From an uncultured Rhizobium sp. (lineage in GTDB: Bacteria > Pseudomonadota > Alphaproteobacteria > Rickettsiales > UBA1997): DNA of 64,000 bases. Below the pieces are notes generated by a model. It was not told the DNA's origin. It saw nothing but the letters and a program-made list of their open reading frames with translations, and ran no database searches. Each line of letters begins with the position of its first letter. The first letter of the stretch is position 1. Made by a program: the position numbers and the translations under genes. Shown one piece after another: positions 27,381 through 39,162 of this stretch. The stretch is taken from assembly GCA_964506725.1 (NCBI GenBank), contig CAZDLU010000006.1:4078-68077 (forward strand), written 5' to 3'.

Positions 27381-28535
27381 CTAATTCTTTAAAAAGGCCA
27401 GCAGCTCTTGCTTACCCGGTTTAAAGTCATTATTTGCCCAAAATGTTTTCGTGCGATTAACAGCTTCACCGATTTGCTTATCTCTAAGACCCATCGCCAT
27501 AAAATCATTTCCGTTAAGCGGAAATTGCGGCAAGGTGAAATTTTTTATGAAATTTATAATTTCGATTTTTGGCATTGCACTTGTTAAATAAAGATCAAAG
27601 ACCAAGTTTTTATCGTAGAAAGCTAGTAATTTATTTAAGCTTGAAAATTCCGTTTTCGCCAAAAATCGAAAATAATCTTTTTGCTTGTTCGAAAAACTAA
27701 ATTGCGCAAAAATTTCCGGCCAATTTTTGGTTTTATTTAACGCAACAAAAAATCGCAACTGGTTAGAGGTCTTGATATTAAAGGCTTCTTCGAGCTTTAG
27801 TAATTTTTGCAATTCATTAATTCTTAAGTCATCAAAGAAAATTTTTTTATCAATTAAAGCCTGTAAAATTTTTACTAAATTGTCTTTTTTTTCAGTCGCA
27901 AAGATTTTTAAAATTTCATTAGTGATTCTCTCTTTTGCTAAAAATTTTAAATTTTCTTTTAACGCAGCACAAGCTTCCAAGCCTTGTAAATCAAGCTCTC
28001 TGGCGTAATTACAACTAAAACGAAAAAAACGCAAAATTCTTAAAAAATCTTCTTTGATTCTTTCACTGGCATCACCAATAAATTTTACTTTTTCATTTTT
28101 TAAATCAGAAATTCCGTCAAAAAAATCATAGACCAAGCCTTGATTATCAAGGTAAAGCGCATTTATGGTAAAATCGCGGCGTTTGGCATCTAAAAAATAA
28201 TCATCAACGAATTCTACTCGTGCATGTCTTCCGAATGTTTCAGCATCTTTACGTAAAGTAGTAATTTCAAAAGTTTGATGATTTATCAAAGCACTCACCG
28301 TGCCATGTTTTAAGCCAGTTGGAAGCGCTGTAATATTATTTTTTTCAAGAATTTTTGTAACATCTTCCGGCAAAAATTCCGTAGCAAAATCAAAATCACC
28401 GACATTTTTTTCAAGCAATAAATCACGCACCGAGCCGCCAACCAAGCGGATCTTATCTTCAAAAATGTTAAAAATAATTTTAACTTCTTTTGGTAATTTT
28501 TCTAATAATTGTGAATAAGAGAAAATTTGAGTCAT
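27381..28535 (-). CDS. cca: CCA-adding enzyme / poly(A) polymerase family tRNA nucleotidyltransferase
   Basis: RLVGGSVRDLLL...DFDFAT and RDFTINALY. The start is set at MTQIFS; the upstream MLRQAQHD codons are encoded by repeat A5. Confidence 0.88.
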   Translation of the reverse strand: MTQIFSYSQLLEKLPKEVKIIFNIFEDKIRLVGGSVRDLLLEKNVGDFDFATEFLPEDVTKILEKNNITALPTGLKHGTVSALINHQTFEITTLRKDAETFGRHARVEFVDDYFLDAKRRDFTINALYLDNQGLVYDFFDGISDLKNEKVKFIGDASERIKEDFLRILRFFRFSCNYARELDLQGLEACAALKENLKFLAKERITNEILKIFATEKKDNLVKILQALIDKKIFFDDLRINELQKLLKLEEAFNIKTSNQLRFFVALNKTKNWPEIFAQFSFSNKQKDYFRFLAKTEFSSLNKLLAFYDKNLVFDLYLTSAMPKIEIINFIKNFTLPQFPLNGNDFMAMGLRDKQIGEAVNRTKTFWANNDFKPGKQELLAFLKN

Positions 28536-28542
28536 TAATATC

Positions 28543-28628
28543 TCGATGTCATGCTGAGCCTGTCGAAGCATGATTGTTTGAACTCGGAGTTAAATATCAT
28601 GCTTCGACAGGCTCAGCATGACATCGAG
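28543..28628. repeat. family A element, copy A5 (ATGC subtype, extended arms)
   Basis: ctcgatgtcatgctgagcctgtcgaagcatga ... tcatgcttcgacaggctcagcatgacatcgag, with spacer ttgtttgaactcggagttaaata. Confidence 0.9.
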
Positions 28629-28631
28629 TAA

Positions 28632-29451
28632 TTAAATTACTGTTAAAAACAAACCAAGCTCATCAGCAACTTTTATCACTTCATCCTTATCTAAAACCAA
28701 GGTAGAGTTGGCCTGAATGGCAATGCCGCAAATTCCGGATTGCGCACAATTCTTCACGGTTTCAACACCGATTGTCGGCAAGTCAACTTTGACATTTTGT
28801 TTATATTTTTTCATTTTTACCAAAACCGCATTTTTTTTATAATCAACTGACAGGTCTCTACACCTTGCAATCATTGCATCCGTACCTTCCAAAGCCTCAA
28901 TTGCAATAATTTGTTTTTGCGCCACAATAACCGCCTGCCCCACATCAAAAGTTGAAAAATGCTTAATAGCTTTTTGTCCTAAAGCAATATCTTCCAGATT
29001 TTCTTTACTCGGTTTAAGCCTTGTAAGCGTTGCCTTCGTAGATATTACACAATCTAGCAATTCTTCAATTTTAACGAATTTCAAACCTTCTTTTTCTAAA
29101 AAATTCATCACTGTTTTTAACACCGCATCATCACCTAAAATTTTATTAGCCAGAATTTTCGCCAGTAAAATCGCACCTTTCTTATCAACACCGAGAGAAG
29201 AAAAATTCGGCTTCGTCACTGCGCCGATAAAAACAATATTTTGAATATTATGTTTTTTTATACTTTCAACGAAATGCTCAACCACACCGTACTTGAATAT
29301 TACCGGATTATAAGCCGAATAATCAATTTCATATTTTTCACCGTCAAGCAATAAAATCAAGAATTTCTGCCCTCTTTTTTGGCATTCTTCAATCAACATT
29401 TTCGGCAAATTGCCGCGCCCTGCAACAATTGCAATTGGTTCAAGTTTTACA

Positions 29452-29462
<11 letters not shown>
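28632..29462 (-). CDS. lpxI: UDP-2,3-diacylglucosamine pyrophosphatase LpxI (DUF1009)
   Basis: IAIVAGRGNLP start and a C-terminal DLPTIGVETV...GICGIAI pattern; this is the alphaproteobacterial LpxH replacement. Confidence 0.8.
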
Positions 29463-31314
<1,852 letters not shown>

Positions 31315-31325
31315 TATTACTAAAT

Positions 31326-32015
31326 TTATATCACTCCATTATTCGCAGTAATGATTTTTTCATCTTCCACCACCTTTCCACCAGCCTCGCGAACCAAGAG
31401 CAAAAAGGGCTTAACCATTTCATCACTTTTCAAAATCGCACCGTCAATTTTTGCCGATGCTAAATAAGCAATTTCCATTGTTGGGCAACCGTAAGCACGG
31501 AAATTTTTTACTAAGCCGGAATCAAATGAAGCTACCAGCGGATTTTCAGAATTTGCTCTCTTAGAAACACGTATTCTGCGACTATTTAAATAAGCCCCGA
31601 AACCCTTCTCGCAGTAATATAATTCGCCACCGACAATTTTATTTATTGCTAAAGAAATTGCTTCTTTTTGGCCATTGGCGTTGGTATGCTCTAAAGCCAC
31701 GGCCACAGTAAAATCAGGGTTGCTGCGCAGTAAATTATCAAAGCCGTCAATGGCGTGAATTACGTAAGAATATTGCGCTTTTTGTGGTCTGGTAATTTTT
31801 TGACCATCGGAAAAAACAATATCATATTCCGGACGCAAGCGTGAAAATTCATCGGCCAAAACTTCCTTGGCGCGGCGATAACAGGCTGTAGCAAATTTTG
31901 TTGCCGAAACGGAATTTGTTTGCAAATTTTCAAGTTCTATAAAGTCACGCGACATACGCGCTGTAGCCTTTTCGATGGCTTTGACGATGATATTTAAGTT
32001 AGCGCTGTATCGCAT
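31326..32015 (-). CDS. inositol monophosphatase (SuhB) family protein, divergent and short
   Basis: SuhB-like N-terminus (LNIIVKAIEKA...) and C-terminal REAGGKV. The metal-binding motifs look degenerate (HAIDGF in place of DPIDGT; no EE pair). Confidence 0.6.
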   Translation of the reverse strand: MRYSANLNIIVKAIEKATARMSRDFIELENLQTNSVSATKFATACYRRAKEVLADEFSRLRPEYDIVFSDGQKITRPQKAQYSYVIHAIDGFDNLLRSNPDFTVAVALEHTNANGQKEAISLAINKIVGGELYYCEKGFGAYLNSRRIRVSKRANSENPLVASFDSGLVKNFRAYGCPTMEIAYLASAKIDGAILKSDEMVKPFLLLVREAGGKVVEDEKIITANNGVI

Positions 32016-32029
32016 AATGATTTATTTTT

Positions 32030-33796
32030 TTATATGAAATTTGAGTCGGGATTCGCAATCCCGACCCCACGTTCATGTCCTTTAACCCTCACTTCCTTAG
32101 TAAAAAACTCCAATTCACTTCCATTAATCCTCACCAAACTATGATATAACTCCTCACCACGCAAGTTAAAATCGCTGCGGTAATGGGCGCCACGTGTTTC
32201 GCGCCGATTTAGCGCTGAAAAATTTGTGGCAAGAGAATTTAGCAGTAAATTTTTTACTTCAAAATATTCAACAATTTCTTGGTTTAGTAATAGGTTTTTG
32301 TTTTTTATCTTATAGTTTTTAAAAACTTGCAATAACTCGTAAATCTTACTTAATCCTGATTTTATAAGAGTTTCATTTCTAAAAACTCCGAGATTTTTTT
32401 CGTTATTTTCTTGAAGCTGTTTTTTTATTTCTGCTAAAGAAATAAAATTTTTATCACCAAAAATTTCACCAAAATTTTTTATTTTTTCCTGTGCAATTTC
32501 TGCAATATTTATTCTAGCAAAATCATTTTCAACCAATAATTGCGCAGCTTTATGGCCGGAAATTTTGCCAAATACTATCAAATCAAGTAATGAATTGCAA
32601 CCTAAACGATTAGCGCCGTGCACCGAAACACAAGCAGCCTCGCCTATTGCGAGCAATCCTTTAACTTTTTTTGCATCATCCAAAACTTGTGTTTCAACAT
32701 CCGTAGGAATGCCGCCCATCGTGTAATGTGCTGAGGGTGCGACCGGAATTAAATCTCTTTTTACATCAAGTTTAGTGAAATTTTTTACCAATTCTATCAC
32801 ACCAGGAAGCTTATTTTTCAAGACTTCGTCGCTTAAGTGGCGCAGATCAAGGTAAAGAAAATTTTTATTTTCGCCGCATCCTTTGCCTTCAAAAATTTCA
32901 GTCGCCATCGCTTGCGAAATTACATCTCGTGAGGAAAGTTCCATCATTTTCGGAGAATAATTTTTCATAAAACGCTCATACTGTGCGTTTAATAAATAAG
33001 CCCCCTCACCGCGTGCCGCTTCCGTAATTAAAAATCCGTAACCGAAAATTCCCGTCGGATGAAATTGTACGAATTCCATATCTTGTAAAGGTAAACCTTC
33101 TTGCAAGACTAGAGCTGAGCCATCTCCGCTACATATCAAAGATGATGTAGTATTTTTATAAATCTGGCTATAGCCGCCTGTTGCAAGGATTGTGACCTTG
33201 CTTTCAAATAAGATTAATTGCCCTTCGTTCAGGTCATAAGCTAAGCAGCCTACACACTCCTGATTCGAAGACATCAACAAATCCGTTACAAAAACTTCTG
33301 CAAAAAATTTTACGCCGTTTTTTAAAGCTTGTTGGTAAAGCGTATGCAAAATCGCATGACCCGTTTTATCCTTGGAATAACAGGCACGGTAAGCAATTTC
33401 ACCTTTTCCGAAATTAGTGGTTTGAGCGCCGTAAGCACGCTGGGCAATTTGTCCGAAACTGTCGCGCGAAAAAACCACACCCATTTTTTCAAGTTCGATA
33501 ATAGCATCCGAAGCCTTGCTGCACATGATCTCAACCGCATCTGCATCCGCTAAATAATCCGAACCTTTTAAGGTATCGTAAGCATGAAATTTCCAATCAT
33601 CAGCAGTGACGTTTCCTAAAGCCGCATTAATTCCACCCTTAGCCGCAACGGTGTGGCTGTTGGTTGGAAGGACTTTGCTTACGACCGCGATTTTTTTTAC
33701 ACCATTATTAATCGCCGAAATTGCCGCCATTAAACCGGCGCCACCCGAACCAATTATTATTAGGTCAAAATTCTGTTTGGAAATTTTAAAATTCAT
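32030..33796 (-). CDS. sdhA: succinate dehydrogenase / fumarate reductase flavoprotein subunit
   Basis: GSGGAG, the covalent-FAD His region SHTVAAKGGINAALGN, FVQFHPTG, RGEG, and HGANRLG.NSLLDL. The start is set at MNFKIS. The last roughly 12 codons are encoded by repeat D2. Confidence 0.85.
   Translation of the reverse strand: MNFKISKQNFDLIIIGSGGAGLMAAISAINNGVKKIAVVSKVLPTNSHTVAAKGGINAALGNVTADDWKFHAYDTLKGSDYLADADAVEIMCSKASDAIIELEKMGVVFSRDSFGQIAQRAYGAQTTNFGKGEIAYRACYSKDKTGHAILHTLYQQALKNGVKFFAEVFVTDLLMSSNQECVGCLAYDLNEGQLILFESKVTILATGGYSQIYKNTTSSLICSGDGSALVLQEGLPLQDMEFVQFHPTGIFGYGFLITEAARGEGAYLLNAQYERFMKNYSPKMMELSSRDVISQAMATEIFEGKGCGENKNFLYLDLRHLSDEVLKNKLPGVIELVKNFTKLDVKRDLIPVAPSAHYTMGGIPTDVETQVLDDAKKVKGLLAIGEAACVSVHGANRLGCNSLLDLIVFGKISGHKAAQLLVENDFARINIAEIAQEKIKNFGEIFGDKNFISLAEIKKQLQENNEKNLGVFRNETLIKSGLSKIYELLQVFKNYKIKNKNLLLNQEIVEYFEVKNLLLNSLATNFSALNRRETRGAHYRSDFNLRGEELYHSLVRINGSELEFFTKEVRVKGHERGVGIANPDSNFI
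32043..32077. repeat. family D element, single unit (D2), inside the 3' end of the sdhA ORF
   Basis: gagtcgggattcgcaatcccgaccccacgttcatg (reverse orientation of catgaacgtggggtcggg...). Confidence 0.7.
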
Positions 33797-33842
33797 GGTT
33801 ATTGTAATGCTAAACTCATAGCAAATTAATACAAACTTAATG

Positions 33843-33915
33843 GTCACCCTGAGCCTGTCGAAGGGTATGTTTTCGCTCCGAGTTTAAACACACCCTTCGA
33901 CAGGCTCAGGGTGAC
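33843..33915. repeat. family A element, copy A7 (ACCC subtype)
   Basis: gtcaccctgagcctgtcgaagggtatg ... cacacccttcgacaggctcagggtgac. It is followed by two gactaNgaRggtggct-like units. Confidence 0.9.
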
Positions 33916-34000
33916 TATGAGGGTGGCTTGAGAGTTACTAAGAAGGGTGGCTTTTTTAATTAAAACATTCTATTAAACCCCCAAAACAAATCAATAAACT

Positions 34001-34741
34001 TTGCTAAAAATCATATTCTGCGCCTTTAACGAAGCTGAAAATCTTGGTAAGTTTTTGGTCAATTTAAATCACGAATTAAATATTTTAGGCGAGGATTTTG
34101 AAATCATCTCCTGTCTTGATGGCAGTAATGACGCATCTTCACGCATCTTAACCGATTTTAATGTAAAAATTTTGCCGCAAAAAAATGTGCGCGGTTTAGG
34201 TCTTGCCTATAAAAGATTGTTTGACGAGATGATAGATAGTTGTAGGGACGAAGACCTAATAATTTCGCTTGATGCCGACAACACCCACAATCCAAATCAG
34301 ATTCCGCAAATGCTTGAACATTTTAAAGAAAATAATCTTGATGTTTTAATTGCCTCACGCTTCCTTAATTTAAGCATTATGAAGGCCTTTCCTTGGCATC
34401 GCAAATTCATCAGCAAAACTACTTCGCTTTTACTGCAAAATTTATTTTCAATCAAAAGAATTAACGGCGAAAAATTACAAGATTACACCAGCGGCTATCG
34501 CATTTATTCCGCAAAAAAATTAAAAGAATTATTCGCAACAAAAAAAAATAAATTCATCACCGAGCCCGAATTTACCTATACTTGCGAGCTTTTAATAAAT
34601 TTATCGCGCGTTAATTCGCGCTTTGATGAGATTGAAATTTCTTATGATTACAGCGAGAAGCTAGGCAAGAGTAAGCTGCGCATTATGAGGAATTTTTGGC
34701 GGTTAATTGTTTTACTCACTAAAACCGCAATCCGTAATTAA
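34001..34741 (+). CDS. family 2 glycosyltransferase (dolichyl-phosphate sugar synthase-like)
   Basis: IIFCAFNEAENL, DGSNDAS and SLDADNTH (DxD-like). TTG start. Confidence 0.65.
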   Translation: MLKIIFCAFNEAENLGKFLVNLNHELNILGEDFEIISCLDGSNDASSRILTDFNVKILPQKNVRGLGLAYKRLFDEMIDSCRDEDLIISLDADNTHNPNQIPQMLEHFKENNLDVLIASRFLNLSIMKAFPWHRKFISKTTSLLLQNLFSIKRINGEKLQDYTSGYRIYSAKKLKELFATKKNKFITEPEFTYTCELLINLSRVNSRFDEIEISYDYSEKLGKSKLRIMRNFWRLIVLLTKTAIRN

Positions 34742-37151
34742 TCCAAAGCAAATTATTGGTCTTGGCATTTGCAATATTTCCGGGTTGTTTTTGTGTTATC
34801 AGATTAAATTTGATGTTAGAATAATCGCTCAAATCACGCGAATAAAATAATTCCAGATTTTGTTGTTTGCCGTTTGGAACCAGTGAAATCGTGCTTTCAT
34901 AGCGCGTTACATTGCCGTTAATGTCGCGCGCTACCGGAATATTTATTTGGGCGCTGCCTTTGTAAACACGCATTGGTTCAGAATAGCTTAAACCGATTCG
35001 GCCTTTGAAAAAATTATCATAAACCAGCGCGACACTACTGGTGCGGCTTCTGACATCACTGAAATTTCTAAAAATTCCTTGGCTATTGCCTTGAATTGTT
35101 GTTGTGCCTTCCGCAATGCCGGTGATTAAAGATAGGTCTTTATAAAGATTTTGATTTGCCGAAATTTTTACGTAAGAAGTTTTAACATTGCCGTTCGTGC
35201 TAAATGCACCAAGGCTTTGCGAGTTTAGCATATTATTATTAAACTCTGTCAAATTTCCAAAAGACAAAATTAAGTCATTACCTTTCTTTGGCGTAAGCGA
35301 AAAACCAAAATCAAATGATTGGTTCTGCTTACTTGAATTTCCTAGCACCGCGCCATTGTTGAAAGAATTTTGCCAAGAAAATTTTAAGGCTAATTTATTT
35401 TTTATTACATCATGCTTGGCAAAAAATTGGTTGAATTTTTTGCTATTTTGCAAAGTCGAATTAGTGCCAGAAAAGAAGGATTGATAAGGGTTAGCGGCAA
35501 AATTATTGAAACTTACAAAACCGAAATTGCCGAATTTTTCGCTTTCTAAATTTGCCACTTCATCAATATTAAAAGCAAAACCGATTTTGGTTTTGAAAGA
35601 ATTGTTGGTGAATGCAAAACCTTGCGTTAGTTGATTTTGCGGATCTTTCGAATTATCAATCACTAAATGTTTCAAACCATAAAAATTTTGATTGCCGTTT
35701 TTGTAAGAAGAAAAATTTACCTTGATTTGGTTATTGTTGAAGTTAAGCGGAATGGTTTTATTTGCTATATTGCTAAAAGCTATGGATTCAAGATAGGTAA
35801 GGCTTTGTGATGATTTACTAGAAATTCTTTCTGGCAAAAATGCTTTATAATCGCGACCAAAATCATCAAAAAATACAGCATTTTCAACACCTGATGCTAC
35901 GTTAGCCGTAAAAGCATCACCAAAAATACTGTCGGAAATTATGGAAGAAGATCGCACATCATAGCCTCCTGAATCTACAGAAGCGCCATATCCCAGCGTA
36001 TTACTTCCTTGCGCTTGCACCGCTGCATAAAGATTTAACATGCCGTGACCGTAAGTAGTATCAGTACCACTCGCACCTAAATCAGTCGCACTTCGCAGCA
36101 AAATTTGCGTCACTTGCGGCGCTGTCAAATGCGGCCACGCTGCGCGCAGTACCGCTGCAGAGCCTGACACAAAAGGTGTCGCCATTGATGTTCCATATAA
36201 AGCGCAATATCCCGAACTATCGCAACCATAATCAGGGTCAAGATCAGTCGTTGAGCCAATTGGCATCGCCGCATAAATATTTTCACCCGGAGCTACCATA
36301 CAAAAATCTTTGGCATCGCCGCATCTGTTGCTAAAGCTTGATATTGCTGATCCCGTGCCAACCGAACCAACTGCAATTACATAACCGCCACCATCTTTAG
36401 CAAGCTCAGCCGGATAGATAGGAGTAGTATCGCCGTAATTACCAGTAGCCGCTACTGTAAGCACGTCATTTGATTTGGCAGAACTCGCATCCGAGCCCAA
36501 AATCGCATTATCAATGAAAGAACTGTAATCGCCTCCAAGACTTAGATTTATTACTTTGGCATCATAATCAACAGCTTGTGTAATTCCATTTGCGACATTG
36601 AAACTTGAACCCGTACCTAAACTATTTAAAACTCTTTCCGCCAAAATATCCGCACCAAAGGCCACCCCTTGCACACCGCTGCTATCCTTGACTCCGGCAG
36701 CAATTGAAGCAACGTGCGTGCCATGACCATTGCCATCACTAACTGATGAAGTTGAAGAGACAAAATCATAACTGCCGGTTGCAACATAATTGCTCGCGAC
36801 TTCAACATGCGTGGTCAGTGCGCCACTGTCAACAATACCGATTTTAACATCTTTGCCGGCAACAGTTGAACCGGAAACAACTGTTTTATCATTTTTTTCT
36901 AAAGAGGCATAGGCTTCTGCAGCGTGAATCGCCTCTAATCCCCAATTGGCATTATATTCGGAAGTTCGATATTTATCAGCTTCAGTTGATGTTACTATCC
37001 AGCTTGCATCTATTCCACTTGAACCGCCGGATCCTCCACCACTACTTGAACCGGAAGAAGAAGAACCTCCTCCTCCGCCGCCACCTCCGCCGCCGCCAGC
37101 TGCGACAGCGCCACCCGTGATGATTGCTATTAAGACTACTATCCAGGTCAT
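34719..37151 (-). CDS. autotransporter with subtilisin-like (S8) serine protease passenger
   Basis: Catalytic triad contexts VDSGAL (Asp), HGTHVASIAAG (His) and GTSMATPFVSGSAA (Ser). C-terminal beta-barrel of about 280 aa ending WINYGLRF. N-terminal hydrophobic leader followed by a poly-Gly/Ser tract. Confidence 0.85.
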   Translation of the reverse strand: MTWIVVLIAIITGGAVAAGGGGGGGGGGGSSSSGSSSGGGSGGSSGIDASWIVTSTEADKYRTSEYNANWGLEAIHAAEAYASLEKNDKTVVSGSTVAGKDVKIGIVDSGALTTHVEVASNYVATGSYDFVSSTSSVSDGNGHGTHVASIAAGVKDSSGVQGVAFGADILAERVLNSLGTGSSFNVANGITQAVDYDAKVINLSLGGDYSSFIDNAILGSDASSAKSNDVLTVAATGNYGDTTPIYPAELAKDGGGYVIAVGSVGTGSAISSFSNRCGDAKDFCMVAPGENIYAAMPIGSTTDLDPDYGCDSSGYCALYGTSMATPFVSGSAAVLRAAWPHLTAPQVTQILLRSATDLGASGTDTTYGHGMLNLYAAVQAQGSNTLGYGASVDSGGYDVRSSSIISDSIFGDAFTANVASGVENAVFFDDFGRDYKAFLPERISSKSSQSLTYLESIAFSNIANKTIPLNFNNNQIKVNFSSYKNGNQNFYGLKHLVIDNSKDPQNQLTQGFAFTNNSFKTKIGFAFNIDEVANLESEKFGNFGFVSFNNFAANPYQSFFSGTNSTLQNSKKFNQFFAKHDVIKNKLALKFSWQNSFNNGAVLGNSSKQNQSFDFGFSLTPKKGNDLILSFGNLTEFNNNMLNSQSLGAFSTNGNVKTSYVKISANQNLYKDLSLITGIAEGTTTIQGNSQGIFRNFSDVRSRTSSVALVYDNFFKGRIGLSYSEPMRVYKGSAQINIPVARDINGNVTRYESTISLVPNGKQQNLELFYSRDLSDYSNIKFNLITQKQPGNIANAKTNNLLWINYGLRF

Positions 37152-37156
37152 AGGTG

Positions 37157-37621
37157 TTATCTTAAATTTCTCAATAAATTGCCTACTGCAGAATCAATAA
37201 CATTAAACACTTCATGAAAAACTTTGAAATCTGAATAATAAGGATCAATTACATCATTATTCCAAGAATTCTTGGATTGGCAAAATTCTAGAAATAATTT
37301 CACTTTATCACGATTTTTTGCATCAACAATTCTCAGCAAATGCTCGTGATGACTGCGATCCATGGCCATTATAAAATCAAATTCTTCAAAATCATTTTGG
37401 CTAATCTTGCGCGCAACTATGCCGTGAAAAGGAACTTTATAATGCTCACCGACCTCGATAGTCCTGGCATCAGGAGATTCTCCACTATGATATGCTTCAA
37501 TTCCGGCGGAATCAAAAATAAATTCTTCAAGTCCAAGTGATTTTGCTTTATGACGCGCAATAGCTTCGGCTGTAGGAGAACGACATATATTACCGGTGCA
37601 AACAAAAAGTATTTTTTTCAA
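37157..37621 (-). CDS. low-molecular-weight protein-tyrosine phosphatase
   Basis: CTGNICRS P-loop (CX5R-S) and a DPYY Asp loop. Confidence 0.9.
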   Translation of the reverse strand: MKKILFVCTGNICRSPTAEAIARHKAKSLGLEEFIFDSAGIEAYHSGESPDARTIEVGEHYKVPFHGIVARKISQNDFEEFDFIMAMDRSHHEHLLRIVDAKNRDKVKLFLEFCQSKNSWNNDVIDPYYSDFKVFHEVFNVIDSAVGNLLRNLR

Positions 37622-38592
37622 AACCAGTCCTTTCTTTTTAAAATTAAAATATGCACAAAAACCAAGAATAGCATTGTAAAAGTACAGATATCAAAAGCCG
37701 CGCTGTTATTAGATCCGGGAATACCTCCGACATTCATTCCAAATAAGCCGGTAATGAAAGTCAAAGGCATAAAAATTGAAGTAATTACGGCGATTTTATA
37801 CATGCTTTTATTTAACTTTTCGGTCAAAGCATTAGACAATTCATCATTTAAAATTTGCGATTTATCGCGCACTTCATCAATTTCTTCAATCATGTGAGTA
37901 ATTTGATCAAAATTTTCCTGAAAATGACGAAGCGCCCATTCATCAATCCACGGCCGATCCGCAACTTTAAGTTTAGCAATTACTTCTTTTTGCGGCATTA
38001 AATAACGTTTGAAAGCCGCAACTTGCGTACGGATTTGTAAAATTTCTTCACGCAATTTCATGTCATGCGTCACCATTATTTTACTTTCCAAATCATCAAG
38101 TCTTTCCCCTAAATCATATAGATAAGCCGATGTTGTAGTAAAAATTTGGTAAATCAAATTATACAAAAATTCACCGGAATTTTTTATTTTTTTGCCCGAT
38201 TTTATTTTTTCTTCCAAATGCCACAAAGACTTCATATCACGGCGCTGCAAGGTGATAATTCTTTGTTTATCAATCCACATACGAATCGAAACCATGTCTT
38301 CTGGTTCAGCATTTTTATTAAAATTAATTTCGCGCAAAATTATCAATAATCCACCATCAAATTCCATCAAACGCGGTCGCGTTTCTTCAGCAGTTAAAGC
38401 ATCTATTATCAAGTGATCGAGATAAGAAACTTCTTGCTCCAACCAAGTTTTTGTTTCTTCCAAATTTGAATCAAGATGAACCCAAGACAAACCTTTATTT
38501 TTCAATTCTCTCGAAGCATCAGCATTTTCAACGGCATGACTTAAACCACTTTTATTAAAAGCATGGGAAAATAAAATTGGATTTCCTTTCAT
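37618..38592 (-). CDS. zntB: CorA-superfamily zinc transporter ZntB-like
   Basis: Two C-terminal TM helices with GLFGMNVGGIPG. Confidence 0.8.
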   Translation of the reverse strand: MKGNPILFSHAFNKSGLSHAVENADASRELKNKGLSWVHLDSNLEETKTWLEQEVSYLDHLIIDALTAEETRPRLMEFDGGLLIILREINFNKNAEPEDMVSIRMWIDKQRIITLQRRDMKSLWHLEEKIKSGKKIKNSGEFLYNLIYQIFTTTSAYLYDLGERLDDLESKIMVTHDMKLREEILQIRTQVAAFKRYLMPQKEVIAKLKVADRPWIDEWALRHFQENFDQITHMIEEIDEVRDKSQILNDELSNALTEKLNKSMYKIAVITSIFMPLTFITGLFGMNVGGIPGSNNSAAFDICTFTMLFLVFVHILILKRKDWF

Positions 38593-39125
38593 AATTTTTT
38601 TAGAGAAATAATTGCTAGACCGGAATCACCGCTTTTTCTACTGAATTTGGAAATCATAATCGCCGATTTACTATCGACTAAATAGATTTTATCGAGGAAA
38701 TTTATTTTTTCTTTTTGGGTTATAATCAAATATTTCATGTAAGCTGAATTGCCGTTTTGTTTTCCAACGGCCATTCCATAAACATCATGACCAACAGCAT
38801 CAAAAGTTCCATCAGAATTTAAAGTAATCAACCATGTTCTACTATCACTACTGCCATCGCTGCGAGTAATTTCCTGAGTTAATATTCCTTTATTATTATT
38901 CCATTTACCATTCATCTTGACTATTTGCGTTTCCACAATCTCATCAAGGCTATTTTTAACAATTGCAAAACCTTCAATATCTCCACTAAAAAACTGCTTT
39001 AAATCAAGCTTCGCTCCCTCATTTAATGAATCAAGATTAATTTGTTTTGGCTGCTGAAAGCGCTCTAAATAAGCGCAGGAAGAAAGAAGAAGTGCTAAAA
39101 AAACACAAGAAAAAAAATGTTTCAT
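38589..39125 (-). CDS. DUF3833 family lipoprotein
   Basis: Lipobox LLLSSC, then the F.G...G.A.V pattern typical of DUF3833. Confidence 0.6.
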   Translation of the reverse strand: MKHFFSCVFLALLLSSCAYLERFQQPKQINLDSLNEGAKLDLKQFFSGDIEGFAIVKNSLDEIVETQIVKMNGKWNNNKGILTQEITRSDGSSDSRTWLITLNSDGTFDAVGHDVYGMAVGKQNGNSAYMKYLIITQKEKINFLDKIYLVDSKSAIMISKFSRKSGDSGLAIISLKKL

Positions 39126-39162
39126 AAAAAAATAATTAACTGACTATTGTCAACTAATTACA

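Noticed and set aside
28536-28571. MLRQAQHD... N-terminal extension of the cca ORF. The same peptide starts the 62-aa ORF at 7268-7456.
   Set aside because: The codons are simply the family A repeat arm (catgcttcgacaggctcagcat) read in frame. A conserved start (MTQIFS) lies downstream.
36946-37200. 84-aa ORF with a poly-Pro run (plus the 36866-37120 ORF)
   Set aside because: It is the antisense reading of the poly-Gly/Ser tract of the autotransporter gene, with no independent support.
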